DNA of 64,000 nt from Cyanophora paradoxa CCMP329 (GCA_004431415.1 QPMI01000470.1:124001-188000); one strand, 5' to 3'. Counted from the first letter of the stretch, positions 19,601 to 33,380 are shown. Numbers and translations: made by a program. Notes: generated by a model from the letters alone, not told the origin.

Positions 19601-20527
19601 ACGGCGGCCCTTCTCGAGCAGCTGCAGACCTCCGGCTGGCAGCCGGCAGTCTCCGGATCCACGCCGGTGCCATGCATTACATCGTGCGCCTCGGTCGACG
19701 TCGCGCCACACGAAACGATTTTCGCGCGTCCCCGATCCGCGCCGAATCTGATCCACCGTTTTTCGCAGCGACGAGTGGGGCCGTGCGACTGGCCTCGTAG
19801 CGGATCTGATCGCCCAGGCGCGCCCCGCCGCCCCCCACCCGTATCTTCTCTCAGTCTGAGACCCCTTCTTCGCACGTTCGCAGGCGCGGGCGACGCTCGG
19901 CGTCGAGCGCTTCCCGCTGGAGGCGCTCGCGCTGTCGGCCACCGACGCCGCCTGCGCCCTCCGCGAGGGCCGCCCCCAGGTCCGAGCCGGGGCCGCCGGG
20001 CAAGGCCTAGGGAAGCCGATGCGGGGCTGACGGGTTGCTGTTCAGGCGGCGGAGGAAGCAGCGCTGGCGGCGGCGGAGGCGCTGCGGCGGCACCGGCCGG
20101 CCGGCGGCGGCTTCGGCCCCGCGGCGGCGAGCCGGGCGACGGCGCTGCACCTCGCGCTGCTGCCGCTGCTCCTCGCGGGGGAGACCCTCGCCGACCTGCT
20201 CGAGCGGGGGTACACAGAGCAAATCGCGGAGATTTCCTTCCGCCGCTCCTCCAGCCGCCGCCGGCTCCTCCACGGCGGGTCCGTTCTGGATCCAGCAGCG
20301 ACATCGACGCGTTTCTTTTCGTTTTGATTCGATTCGCGCAGTCCGCTGCTGGCGTCGTTCGCGGACCGGAGCCGGCCGCCGGTGCGGGACTACGGGGAGA
20401 CGGAGGCGGGCTGGCGGCGGCACCTGCGGGCCGCCCTCCGCGACCTCGTCGACGCGCTCCGCCCGAGGCCGCCCGCTTCCCCGCCGCCGCCCCGCCTACG
20501 AGCTCCTCGAGGCGCCCGCCCTTGCCG

Positions 20528-20576
<49 letters not shown>

Positions 20577-20778
20577 ACTTGCTGAATCGCGTCGCTGACC
20601 GCGGGCCGGGCCCCGTCCCCCGCAGGGCCGCTGGCAGGCGCTCTCGGGCTCGCGCGGGGCGGCCCTGCGACTCTACCGGCGGGCGGCCGGCCTCGCGCGG
20701 GACGCGGGGGCCAGGCTCCTCGAGGAGATGGCGGGGGCACGCATACTTCAGTCGACGGGGTCGGCAATTCTTATATAA
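13615..20778 (+). CDS. Host multi-exon STAND-class P-loop ATPase (ADCY10/AAA_16-like), 3' part only; 5' part separated by the viral insertion
   Basis: 'LVYGRREAKAQL...LLVEGGRGSGKST' (Walker A, ~14057-14083); later 'VELAPWS...LAERTGGAPRPLREL' and 'ILSELDRIP..AADALKLASV' fit STAND helical motifs. GT-AG introns are present (e.g. 14088-14147). The end position is tentative. Confidence 0.6.
16891..17088. repeat. Intronic (CTAAG/CTAAA)n pentamer microsatellite
   Basis: Visible tandem ctaag/ctaaa units. Confidence 0.9.
20528..20575. repeat. Poly-C tract (~48 nt)
   Basis: Homopolymer run visible in the sequence. Confidence 0.9.
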
Positions 20779-21774
20779 TTGTATAAAGCGCTCGAGCTCT
20801 CTATATAGCTAGATCTATCTTTCGACATTTCACATGCATTGCCATACATCTAGGTTTACCTTAAGTGTGCTTTTGTACTAGCTTTGTGATTTCTGCATCT
20901 ATCTCATTCACCGAATGTGGAGCCAGGTCTTCTTTAAACAGCTATTCTTATATAATGACGTATACATCATTAATCTCAGAGTCTTGCAGTGTTCTCAGTG
21001 CTTCAAACGCTTTATATTATGTGAGTCGTCGCTCTGCAGCACATGCATATGTATTTAATTTGCAGCACACTCTAACTATATGATTACGTATACATCAGTG
21101 CTTCGAACGCTTTATATTATGTGACGCATGGCTCCGCAGCACACTATACTTGTATTACATACGTATTTAATTTGCAGCATGCGCACACTCTAACTCGGAT
21201 ATATAGTGCTATTGTTGTAGTTCCGCAGCCAGCTGTCTCGTTTCATGATCAATTGCAAGGATTGATCGTAAAAGGAACTAGCATACTCTAGATCTGATTC
21301 GGAGTTGCACTGTGCATCATCGCAGCCCCTGGTACTGAGGCAGCGCTAGCCTGGCAGTGGTCGACCTCAGGCTATAGCTAGGTACACAGACTTCATCGCT
21401 GCGTTTCAAATACCAGCTGGCGTGTTTTAAGGAACAGCGTTTCTATAGACTCTGTACATGTAGACGTTTACGTAGTTTAATGTGTAGTTTATCAGCAAGC
21501 AATCCTATTCCGGGCTTATAAATTTATTATTTGCACGTACGCGTTTGCACGGTTCCGGATCCGATGACCGAGATCGAGGGGGGTTGCAAGGGGGAGGAAA
21601 CCCGAGGCCGGCGCCCCATTTGAGAGAAAAAGAGGCAAGGGAATCGGAAGAAAGATGGGGGAATTAATATTCGAAGAAAGAAAGAGCCCCTCCCTTCCCC
21701 CCCCTCCCTTCCTCCCCCTCTGTCAGTTACTTCCAATATACCATAACTTCCTCTAAGCTTCGAATTCGGTCATC

Positions 21775-24700
21775 ATGGCCACCGCAACTGCCATGCATCG
21801 ACCGCCGCTGCAGAAGCTGCTCGCCATCGCAGCTGTAGCGCTTTTTCTGCTCATCGAGGAGGCAAGCGCAACGGCCGCAGCGCCGGCCCCGCCCGCGGCC
21901 GCGAAAGCAGCCGCGAAAACAGTCGTCGCGCAACAACAACGGCCGCGGCACATGTACACCGCGAACTCCAGCGCCGCACATCGAGTCATTGCGGTCCGCT
22001 AATCCTCAGTCCGCGGTCTTAAAACACAAACGCATCGTTGACCGTGCATCTGTTTCAAATTCGCGCTGCGCGTGGCGCGCGTAGGTTTTTCGCAGGGGAA
22101 CGCCTCTGGAGGTGCGCCGCAGAACCTTGCGCTCAAGTGACAGCTTTGGATTCGCTCTTAAGCGGCGGCCGCGACCGACAGATCGCGCGGCGGATCGCGA
22201 AGGAGGCGCGGCAGCTGACGGAGGCGGCGGGCGCGGCGCTCCTGCGGCCGCTCGGGCTCGCCGCGAGGCTGCGGCACTTCCGGCACGCCCTCGCCGGCTT
22301 CTCAGCGCCGTGCGTGGGCCACATTCATGCATATGAGCTGGACCGCATGCGCAACTCGTTTCCAGCTTAAGCTTTAATTTATATCTAGATCTCTTACTTG
22401 AAACGCGTAAGCCCAGGCTCTCGGGAGAGGCGCTCGAGTTCCTCCAGTCGCGCCCCGAGGTCGCGTTTGTGGAGTGGGACCGGCGGCTGTACGCCGGCAT
22501 CTGCCCGCACAGCTGCAGCGCCGGCGCGAATTCGAAACAGGGGGAATGCAGAATTCCGAGGCCGAAAAGGTTCGAATGGCGCGCTAGCGCTTGGCGTGGC
22601 CCTGATGTTTCAGTTAAAAGAAATTGAACACGAATTCGATCAGGTTAAAACCGCATCTGGAGCGGGCCGCCGCGGGCGCCGTCAATCCGGACCCCAAAGC
22701 GGCCGGCCGGTTTCGCGAGTCGGTGCAGCACTCGCCGGCGAGCTGGGGCCTCGACCGCATCGAGTGCGCGACCCATGGCCAGAATCCGGATCAATAAAAA
22801 TGCATCGCGGCCAGCATCGATATCCCTTTACTTTCGACGCAGCCAAAGGGACCTGCCGCTTGACGGCGTCTACCGCCACAACGGCACAGGCGCGCCGCTC
22901 CGAATTCGATTCGATTCGAATTCGAATTCACGTTAAATTCGATTTCGATCCGGCCCCTCGCGATGAAGCCCGCGCCCGCGGCCGGCCCCCGGGCCCTGCC
23001 GCTAACCGGGACCCCCCGCGCGTCTCCGCGCGCAGGCGAGGGCGTCAACGTGTACATCGTGGTGCGAATATGCGCCCCCCGCAGGCGTCGCGAAAAAGCT
23101 CTCGTTCGAATTCGAATTCGAATTTAAGTCTCGACGCTTGCAGTCCTCCAGCGCCCTTCCAGCGTTTTAAGCTCCCTCATTCGAGAATGACTTTGAATTT
23201 AAATTCGAACTTTCAAACAGGACTCGGGGATCGCGTACCACGAGGACTTCGGCGGCGAAGGGCGCCTCTTCGCCGGCTTCGACGGGTACCGCAAATGCGC
23301 GCGCGGGCAACCCGCTGTACCCCCCTGCCCCCCCTTTCCCTCCCCCCGCCTCTTCCTTCTAGTCCCCTCTCAGCCCCTCCTCCCCCTCCCCCGGACCCCT
23401 ACCCGACGCTTGCTCCCTCTACCCCGCCCTCTCCCCCGCCTCCTACCTCCTACCCCCGCCTGCCCCTCCCCCGCCGCCCCTGCCCAATTAATATTGCACG
23501 TCCCCGCCTGCTTGACCGCTCCCCCGGTACCCCCCCTCCCCCCCCCACTCTGACCGTTACGTCCATCCACCCTCTCTGAGGAGGGGCCACATCCTTCGTT
23601 ACATCCACCCTCTTGTCCCCGGGCCCCGACCCGCCGGCCGCGGCCTCAATCGAGTTCCCTCTCCGCACGGGTACCGGTGACTTCGCTCGCAGGGAGCGAC
23701 CCGATGTTCGGGCGGGACGACTGCGCCGGCCACGGCACCCACGTGTGAGCCCGAGCCCTCGCCGCCCTCGCCGCCTTAGGCTCGAGCTTGATCATGAGCT
23801 TCGAATGCCCGCCTGCCTAGATCTAGACATGCATTCGATACGTATACTCCGATACACTACCACCTCATATACTCCGATACACTACCACCTCACCCCTTCC
23901 CCCATCACCCCCCTTTCTGGATCCGCCCCTGCTTTGCGCCCTGGCCTGGTTGAACTGTCCTTGATTGCGACTCGGCGGCTTAGATTCGCGCAGGGCCGGC
24001 GTGGTGGGCGGGCGAACCTATGGCGTGGCCAAGGCCGCACGCCTCGTCTCCGTCCGCGTGCGCCCGGAAAGATAGTCTAAGCTTAAGGCAGCCTTAGGGC
24101 GCCAGCCACCGGGGACGGTTAGAGGTGATAAAGAACACCTTCGAATTCCTTCGAAGAGCGCCGGTTGCCCCGCCCGAAACAAAGGCCCCGCTCCTATATA
24201 TAAGATTTAGTTTAATTTATAGATCAATCAATGAAGGCCGCTGAACTGTCTCCTAAACTAAATATTGTACCGTTGAAGGCCGCCCGCCTCGTCGCCGTCC
24301 GCGTGCGCCGGCCCCATGCGCCCCGGCCCGCCCCCATCCTCTCCAATTTGAATTTCATTCCAATCCCGCGCGCCCCTATCCCTCGCACCTTGACACGAAG
24401 GCCGATTGCCTCTATTCTTCCGATTTGAATTTGCAATTCGCACCAGGTCCTGGAGTGCGACTCGGAGGGCAAGATCTCCGGCTACCTCGTGCGCGAAATC
24501 CACCGCCGAAGAATTTCGCGCGCGTTACTAAAATTGCGGGTTTGAATTTCGCAGTCCTCGATCGTCGCGGGGCTCGACTGGGTGCTGCGGAACCACCGGG
24601 CCCCCGCGATCGTGGTGCGGTCGGCACGCTCTCCGCCCCTGAGCTGCGCGCATTCTTTCTAGCTGCCCGCGTGCGCGCCTTCTGACCCCCTTCCGCGCCA

Positions 24701-27700
24701 TCTGAGCCGCCTGATCCCTCCGCGCCATCTGAGCCGCCTGAGCCGCCGCCTGAGCCGGGCGGGCGGGCAGAACCTGAGCTTCGGGGGCCCCGGGAGCTCG
24801 CCCTCCATGAACGCCATCGCAAAGAGGTTCTTGAAGCTTAACGCACTTCTTGCAATTGAAGCTTATATACATTAAATTCCTTAAAGCTTAAGCAAAGACC
24901 CTTCGCTGAAATCGGCGAAGCTCGTTTTCAAACTGATCAGCTAAGTAAGCCAAGCTAGTTAAGCTAAGCTCAGCTAAGTTAAGCTCAATTAACTTAGCCC
25001 TCATCACTGAAGCTAATTATATAAGCTTCCTGAATTCGAACTTAGCCCTTAATGAACGGAGCCGCGCCAAGAGGTCCCGGCCCCCGCCCGCCTGAAATTC
25101 GTGAAGCTCATTCAATTATATATAAATCGGATAGCTTCACTGAGCGCAGTGAAGCTCATTTAGAATTGATCGAATAGCTAAGATGCCCTTAGCTCAAATT
25201 TCGAACAGTGAAATTAACTGGTGAAGCTCATTTATATAATTAAGATTAGCGAACTCGAAGCTCATGATCAGATGCCCCAAGCCCGAGGGCCGAGGGATGA
25301 CCCCCGGGCCGGGGCGGGGCCGCGCAGCCTGTACGAGGCGGGGGTGCCGGTGGTGGTCGCCGCCATGAACGACGGCGTCGACGCCTGCTCCTACACCCCC
25401 GCCAACAGGCCCGCCCGGCGCCCGCCGCTCAATCGGAACGAATATATATAAAGGAGGAGGATCGATCTAAAGGTTTGAATAATATTACTAAACCCGGACC
25501 TCGCCTCGGCTCTAGCCGGCGCCTCGGTCCCTGGGCCTCGCCGGTCCCGTCGACGTCTGATTCGCATTAAACTTTGTTCGGGGGACATGTACAGCCCCTA
25601 CGCGGTGGCGGTGGGGGCGACGGAGATCCGGGGGGGCAGGTCCGCCCCAGCCCCGCCCCGCCCTGACCCTGCCCTGAAAGCTTCTAGATATCTCACCCGC
25701 CCCGCTTCTATATAAGCTTCTAAATCTCAATCAAAGGGCCTTCTGCCCCGTCCCCGGCCCGCCCCGCCCTCCCTTATATAATTACGCGGCCTCGAAGCGT
25801 AAAATTTAAAGTGGCTTTAAAGCGTATAGGTCCGCGCCAGCGCCATCCCCGCCCTGTACACGGGCTCCTCGCTGCCTTCTATATATGTATAAGATTAAAG
25901 CTTGCTTCTCACCCGAGACCGCGGCCCTCTCACTCACCTGCGGCAGGGACGCGCTGGCGCCCTACTCGAACCGCGGGCCCTGCCTCTCCCTCCTCGCCCC
26001 GGGCACCTCCAGTGCGTCCATGACCACGACCAGCGATCGCGGCTCCTTAATTTATTTGAAACTTCGAGCTATTGTAACTGATAGGAGCGCAGTCACGTCA
26101 GCGTTCCACCGGTCGCCCGGGAGCCGCGAGGTCATGACCGGCACCAGCATGGCGCGCCCCGCCCCGCCCCCTTAAGAAGCGTAATCTTTAAGAAGCTTCA
26201 CATCGAAGCTCATAATCAAGAAATGTTTAAAAGGCTTTTAAGAAGAGTTAGAGTTTTTGAAGCTTATGATCAAGAAGTGCTTAGAAGCTACCACGCGTAC
26301 GCTCGGCCGAGCCCCCGCCCCGCCCCGCCCCGCGAAAGCGCATTCCTGTGTTGCTCTGAGCGGAGCGCGGCGCGCGCAGGCGGCCCCGCACGTCACCGGC
26401 GCGGCGGGTGCGCGAGCCCCAAGCGCCCGTTACCGGCGTTTTTCGCGCCGCGAAATTCGAAGCGTCGAATTTCGCAGCGGTGCTGATGGGGGCGCCCCAC
26501 TTCCGCTCGGGCCCGGGCGCCATCGCCGCGCTCCTCAGCCAGGTCCGCCCTAGGCAGGGGGGCCTTGAATAATTAATTAGGCGCCAGAACCTCATGATCA
26601 TAATCAATTGCAATGCCTTCTAAGACACTCTAATTATAAGACGGGCGCCATCGCCGCGCTCCTCATGATCGGCCATCGGCCAGCTCCGCTCTTGGCAGGG
26701 GTGCATGCCTTGGCCAGCTGCAGGCTGAGGGGTGCCTTGTGCGCCAGCTGCAGAATATTGATATCTATCGCTATTCGCTTATCCAAATCTTCTTTATCCA
26801 CGCCTTCAGCTATTATGAACTGATATTTATTTAGATTTGGCCAGGCTCCTTTAGGTTAGGCCGTGCCTTGCGTTTCGTTTCTGAGCGCGCACAATCGCAG
26901 GCCACGCCGTTGGAGGGGGCGGGGGGCACCCTCCGCGCCGCCGCCTCCGCCTCCGCCGCCTCCGCCTCCGCCGCCTCCGCCGCCTCCGCCGCCGCCTCTG
27001 TCGTCCACGGCTCCGGTTCCGCTTCGAGTTCGAAGGTGGGACCATAGGAGAATATTGATATCTATCCCTTTTCGCTTATCCAAATCTTCTTTATCCACGC
27101 CTTCTTTATCTTAGGTGGGACCAGAGGAGATCCCGTCGGCCCCCGTCCTCTACGCGGGGGCCGTCGACTCCCCTCCCCCCTCTCCGCTCCTCTCCTCGAG
27201 CCCCGGCGCGGCGCCAGCGCCGGCGGCGGGCCCGGGCTCGTATCCGGAAGGGTGCGCGTGCCCCGCTAGCCGGGATGCCCCCGGGGTTATCCGAAGCTTT
27301 GATTTACATGCTATAGCTTTATACGAAGCTTTCAAAAGGAGCTCTAGGACTTTCAAGGAGCTTGAGCTTTCATATGCATGCACTTAAGCTTTTTCAGGCG
27401 CTGCCCCGCTGCTTGCCCGGTTGGCCTCGTCTGCGCGTACGGGCGCTGCCGGCGGGCGGCCCCCGAGGAGCCGGCCGGCCCCCTGCCCCTCGACCTTGAC
27501 AACGGCACCGGTACGCTGCATTAACATTACTGATAAGGACCGAGGCGCTCTAAGAAAATAAAAGCTCTGTAAGAATCTTCCCAGTCACTACAAGAAGCCC
27601 TAGAAGAAGCTTCAAGTTAGGCGCTCCTCACATTCGGCTTTGCAGCGCTCGCGTTCCGGTCCCTCCGCGGGAGGGCGGCCCCGCCTCCGCCTCGGAAGCC

Positions 27701-28119
27701 GGCGGCCCTGCCGGCGCCGGCCCCGGACCCCTCGAGCTCGAGCTCGGTCCCGGAGGGGCCGGCGGCGATCGCGAGCCCGGCGGTGACTGCGGGGCGCCCC
27801 CTGAAGCTCCCGGCCGGGTACGCGCGGCCCTGGTCTCTCCTTAATGTTCCCCCCCGAAGCTAAACTAAACCTCAAGGCTAACAACGTTAAATTTTAGCTT
27901 AGACTTACATCAGGAGGAAATTAAAGTTACGATGAGCGCGAGCGCAAGCTCAGATTAAACGCGGGCGGGGCGCAGAGTGGCGAGGGCCCTGGAGCGGAGG
28001 CGGCGCCTGCACGCCGCCACCGCGGCGGGGGCGGGGGCGGGGGCGGGGGCGGGGCGGGGGCGGGGGCGGCGGGGGAAGGGGGCGCGGCGCCCTTCGAAGG
28101 GTTCGACTTCTACCTTTGA
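21775..28119 (+). CDS. Secreted subtilisin-like serine protease (S8A, proteinase K/aqualysin type), multi-exon
   Basis: Signal peptide LLAIAAVALFLL; I9-like propeptide (RHALAGFSA, VAFVEWD); WGLDRI (~22744); VYIV|DSGI (23221); DCAGHGTHV (23719); YGVAKAA; AAMND..DAC; YSNRGPC; GTSM|AAPHVTG (26140-26398). The 3' end is tentative. Confidence 0.9.
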
Positions 28120-28499
28120 TACCTAGCGTGTAAGATAGCGAATAGCAGACCGGTACCGCCAACGAAACGGCCTACACATTCGTAAACGTGGCAAGTGCTC
28201 GAACTGTATACGTAACGCAGAAGGTATACGTATACGCTACAAATGTAATTACCCCCCTCGAGCTCAGCGGCTCGGGGGTACCGGTATTCTTCGAACAGCT
28301 TTCGACAGGCTTCAAACAGGATCCTGATCCTTACGAACTGCTCGCTCTTTTTTTAGATTCCACCCCGGCCCGGACACCCCTTGCATATCGCTTCTTCGAA
28401 TTCGGCTTCGAGGCGTCCAAAAGTCGACTTCGAGGCTAGATTGATATCGGAACACCGGCTTGCAAATTTGAGTACCTACTAACCTGCAGGTAGCGCTGC

Positions 28500-30007
28500 G
28501 AGATCGAACCTACTTCTGGCTCTTGTCGAGGAATTTCGAGTTCGCACTCGCCGCGGCTCGAGCTCCTAGCGGAGGCTTTTTGATGGGGTAGAGTTTCCTG
28601 CGTGCAAATTTAGTTTTGTCGGTAGCGGTCGGCTCGGGATATATGCCGGATCTAGGCTGCAATATTTATCGAGTGCAACGAACGGCCTCGGGGTTCTCGG
28701 TTTCGGTTGCGCGTGCGCTGTCTTGGATACCGGGAGTAGGAAAAGCGGAGTGCCGTCCGAGCGGTAGTGGCCTGCAGAATGCAGAAATCAGCGACGGCTC
28801 TGAAGCCCGCACAGCTGCAGGCAGTACATCCAAACAAAAGTAAAGGAATTATATATTAATTATAAAAATAGCGGATTGCCGTCCGAAGACGGAGATCATA
28901 AGGAATTCGAACGGCGCCGCAGGCTGCGCACCCAAACGAAAGCACATATTCAAGACGCCCCCTTCGGCGGTTGCGGCGTCGCGATAACGAATCTGCACTG
29001 ATGCGCCGCCGTGGGGGTTTCCTTCATCTCCAATTCAGCACTCTGAATAGAGAACGACGGCAGAATCAATAAATACCCGGCAGGAGGAACTTGACGACAG
29101 ATCCGTGGCAAAGGCGGATTTCTTCGAAATCTCCAAGGAGCCGCTTCGCCCCCTGGATCTGCTCCGCGCCGATCTCAAGGCACTTCTGCGGGCACGTTTC
29201 CGGAGACAAAAGGCTCGAGAAAAGCTCCACATCCATGGTTTTGCACTGGATGCCCGTGCGAGCTGCGAAATCCAGTATTTCCTCCTCGAATTCGCCAGGA
29301 ATCTCCAAAAGCTGCGGAACCCATTTCTTCCTTAAGCTTGTTCTGTCTCGCAGAGATATCGTTTTAGGAGTTATTCTTAAATCGAACCCTGAAGCCAGAA
29401 GGAATCACAGGGCCATCTTCATCCTCAGTCTGGAAAATCTGGCGGATTTCGCCGACAATCCGTTTCGCAAGCTTCACGCCAGGCGGCAGCATCGGCTTCC
29501 TGCGCAGCGTCGCCGAGAAGCGGAGCCACTCGTCGAACTCGCAGTCGTAGAGCTTGCGAACGCGCTGTTCGTCGTGAAGCTGGCCGAAGGCGAAGCATGT
29601 TCGTTTGCAGAAGAAGGCTTTTGCGCCATCCTCTTTCGCGCGAAACTCCTCCTCCGTGACAAGGTTGACCTGTGCGCTCGCTCATCCGAGCTCGCGCTAT
29701 TTTGAATGCTTCTAAACTTGCGGACAGCAAAACGTTCCGGGGAGCCGGGGCGAATGCCTCTAGAGCTAAATTCGCGGTTGACGTTGGCAATTTTAATTTT
29801 GCTCAAAGGCGCAATAGCTTTTCGCACCTCCGAGAGCGCGAAAACGGAAGAGCTCAGAGCCTCGACGCAGTCGCTGTACAGGAGCTCGCCCGGCTCTATT
29901 GCGCCGACCAGGTTCGCGAGGGCTTCGCCAACTTGGGATATTTCGCGCGGCAGCCAGCGAACGAAGGGTAGAATGGCGCTCCCAGCATCCTTGCAGATGC
30001 TCTCCAC
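28500..30007 (-). CDS. Hypothetical multi-exon gene (or degenerate gene)
   Basis: Protein-like reading segments (MESICKDAG...; VNLVTEEEFRAKEDGAKAFFCKRTC...; EIPGEFEEEILDFAARTG...) are separated by intron-like stretches. Boundaries are approximate and no family is recognised. Confidence 0.4.
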
Positions 30008-30387
30008 GCGCCCGATCGGGTGAATAGCACATACACAGCCACATCGCTGCGGAAAGAAAGAATTGCATTCGATCTAGATCTCGCCCAGAGGCGCGCATGC
30101 GCATCGGCGCGCTGATTGATATACGCACCGGTACCTGATCATGATGATGATCATCGAACTCGTAGATCCTTCCAACTACGAGCTCCATCTGTACCAGCTG
30201 GCGCTAGCTGAAAGAAGAAGCTTAAGAGGATGGAAAAGATCTATTAGAGGGATAATATCGAGGGAAATATGGGAGGGATTTAAACGGCGCGCGGCTCGGC
30301 GGCCGGCCCGGCGGGGCGCATGCGCAGGGTGGACAAGATCGAGAGAAAAATGGGATGGAATTAAATGAACGGCGCGCGGGGCGCAGC

Positions 30388-30813
30388 TTATTGCAAGGGG
30401 GGAAAGAAGACCGAAGGTCTTCCCCCCCTGGCTTCCCGTTCCCTCGCTTCAGCCAAAAATTTTCTATGAGCCAAAAATCCTCGCTAAGGTCAGCGTACGC
30501 AGTGGCACAGCGCTGCGCCCCCGCGCTGCTGACTCGCCTCCGACCAGGTTGCAGCTCTGTTTCCCACCTCCCGGGAAACAGGCACATGTTTCCCGGCTGG
30601 CCGGGAAACCCGTGCATGTTTCCCCCGGGAAACAGACTTTCTTAAGCCCCAGTGTTTATCAGCTCTAACCGTCCCGGGCGTACCGGCGAGAAGGTGAAGA
30701 CGCCCAAAGCTTTAAGGCTTCAGATCTTTAAGACTTTGCTACAGATTTATTGCAAGGGGGGAAGGGGCCCCCTTGCTTCCCGTTCCCTCGCTTCAGCCAA
30801 AAGTTTTCTACGA
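30388..30813. repeat. Two ~70-80 bp direct repeats with G/C hairpins flanking three TGTTTCCC-n-GGGAAAC palindromes
   Basis: ttattgcaagggggg...ccccc.tgcttcccgttccctcgcttcagccaaaa.ttttcta.gag at 30388-30470 and 30747-30813; palindromes at 30557-30635. Confidence 0.8.
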
Positions 30814-30975
30814 GGCCGTTTTCGAGGTCCAGTATGCAACGAAAATGTCTTTTATTCGCGTTCCGATTGGCTCGGTCGACCGGTCAGCTCTCGACTTTCG
30901 AGCGTCGAATTCGAGGGGAAAAAGTGGTTTTCGAGGGGAAAACTAACTTCTCTCTAACTCCGGTCTTCGAATTCC

Positions 30976-31138
30976 TTGCGCGGTTCTGCATGGAACCAGT
31001 TCTCCCTAGCTGTCTCCTCTAGATTTCGGCTTCCTCGCAGTGCGTCGCGTACGCCTTGCTCTTCGTTGCGCGGTTCTGCATGGAACCACTTCTCTCTAGC
31101 TGTCAACGTCTCCTCTATAGATTTCCGCTTCCTCGCAG
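30976..31138. repeat. Tandem duplication (~90-bp period)
   Basis: ttgcgcggttctgcatggaacca...cttcctcgcag occurs twice. Confidence 0.8.
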
Positions 31139-32412
31139 CTGCATGCAGCGCGCCGCGTACGTCGCACGGTACCCGTGCCGCCTGGACTACTTTTCACTGC
31201 ATCAAGCTTGCACCGCAGTACTGCGCACCGCGCTGCCCGCAGCCGAGCACGCCAGCCGGGCCGCGCCCTCTTGTTGCGCTCGGCATTCCGCTGCTCGGCT
31301 TCTTGGACTGGCCGCGGTGCTTGCTTCGGCAGATTGCGCCGCAGCCTTATGCCCGCTAGCACCTTCGCCAAATTGCGCGCGTGAGTCTGCTGCTGATTAA
31401 GTCCGCACCAGATGGGACGACGATCTGCAGCCGCTTCTGTACCCGCGGCCGGAGACGTCGTCCCGGGGCGGGCGCCGGGACTTCGTCGCGTGTGGCGCAC
31501 GCTGCATGCACGGTGTCGTCATCATGCAACGGCGGAACTTGCTTACATTGTCCGGACGGAGCCCGTGAACACTTCTGCTGGCGCCAGAGCTTGTTTCGTC
31601 ATGTCCGGCAGCATGGTCGCAGCTCTCGAGTTCGTGCAGTTTCGATTGAGCCGCGCGCTGGCAAAAGCGGAGCTGCTAACACACGTATATATTCATTGCC
31701 ACGCAGGGTACTCTAGATCTTAATTCAGCAGTGCGTGTCCAGTCTTCAGTTGGCGTTTCGCTTTCGAATTCAGAGATTGTATCGTCGCCTCTGCCCCTAG
31801 GCCTGGCGGTACCCTCTCGTTGGTTGACATGCATCTCCCGGCCGCAATGACGTGCACGCTCAGCCTGGAGCGTTTCAACTGCCGCACGCTCAGCCTGGAG
31901 CGTTCAAACTGCCTGAGAGGAACATTGGAGCAGCACTGGCCCGTCAAATCAATCAGGTTTGCAAGAGAATCATCCTGCATAATGTGAATGACTTGTTGCT
32001 CCAGGCTTTGCCACCATCGCCGTCCGCAGTACTAGTGCGTAATGAATCTCAAGAGACTTCCGAAGTTCTTCAAATCGCTGAAATGCTGTGCAGGAACCCT
32101 CCTCGAAACGCGTGCGCTGCAATGGGAGATCAGCTGATCGTGTATCGTCTTCGGACGAAAACGATCTTAATCACGCTGACTCCGCGGGCCGGGATGTTGG
32201 AAACTGAGCCGTTGCACTTCCCGGCTCACTGACGGCACCGACGGCTCAGTTTCGCGGGATGCGCATTCGGTTTCGCGGGGATCGGGACCATGAGTTCGGG
32301 ATTCAGAATTCGGAATGCGGGAGTCGGGGCTTGAGACCGCGGCCGCCAGGCTCTCGAACCAGAGCGCGCTGCACGCGCCGGCGGCTCGATCGATACAGTT
32401 CTCGAAGACGAG

Positions 32413-33380
32413 ATGCATGACGCCCTTCCGTTTCCGACTGGCGCCCGTTGCACGTGCGTGTGCTGCAGCCGCACTCACGCATCCCTCAGCCTGACACCAA
32501 GAGGAGCGAGCGAAGCTGACGCCGGCGCAGCCGCGAGGACCTCGAGCACAAGTGCAACGCGTCGAACCGGGTGCGACCGCCGAGCGGCCTCCGTCTCTGA
32601 AGTCAGCATCATTTGAACCATCCGCAGCTCCCCTTCGCGATGGAGGTGGCCAACAGTGTCTTCCGCTGCTACGTGATGTCGCGGCCGGCTTCGGGACCGC
32701 CTCTGGCGGTTGGGGGGCTCGTCGTTGCCTCCGCCGAAGACGCCTCCTGGCTCGGCCTCGCGCGCGGCCGGCTTTGTGCGGGCGCCGTCGCGTTAGTGCT
32801 CCCGCCGGACGGATACCGGCACGCCGCGTCCGCGGTCTCGTGTCCGTGCTCGGAGCGGCTGAGAAGCCGCTGCTCATCGTCGTCCGCGAGCTCCCCGACC
32901 GGGCTGGCTTCCCCCCCACGCGCGAGCAAGCCGTCGCCTTCGCTTTAGCGACCGTCGAAGCACTCGCGGCTGCGCGGCAGGATCGCTTCGTCGTTCGCAT
33001 TGTCGGGTGCGTGCAGTTTCATTGAAGTTGACCGCCCATACATGCCCTCTGTTCATGATTGCCACGGCAGGCCTGCGATCGAGGACCTCCACATGGGGGT
33101 CCTCGAGCGCCTGCGTGCCGCCGGCCTCGCGGACATCGAAATTCAAGACCTTGTCTACCAGATGCGCGGCGGGAGCGAGCAGCGCGCCAGCCGCGTGGCT
33201 CTGCGGGCCCTCGAGGCGGCGGGCCGCCTCACCATGCTCTTGCAAGACGGCTCTCTTCAGGACCGGCGCCGCTGGCTGCCCCTCACCCCCATGGTCGACT
33301 TCCGCCCCGACCCCCTCCAGAAGGCCTGGATCGCCTATGTTTACGGCGAGCCCTCTGCAGACAGCACCATCATCTTTTAG
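32413..33380 (+). CDS. Hypothetical protein (interrupted frames)
   Basis: Protein-like segments 'PLLIVVRELPD...FVVRIVG' and 'FIEVDRPY...KAWIAYVYGE'; family not recognised. Confidence 0.35.

Noticed and set aside
25350-25390. Inactive subtilase because AAGN reads AAMN
   Set aside because: The oxyanion Asn and the Asp/His/Ser triad motifs are all retained.
28240-28290. Helitron 3' end
   Set aside because: A GC hairpin is present, but there is no properly placed CTRR terminus and no Rep/helicase in the window.
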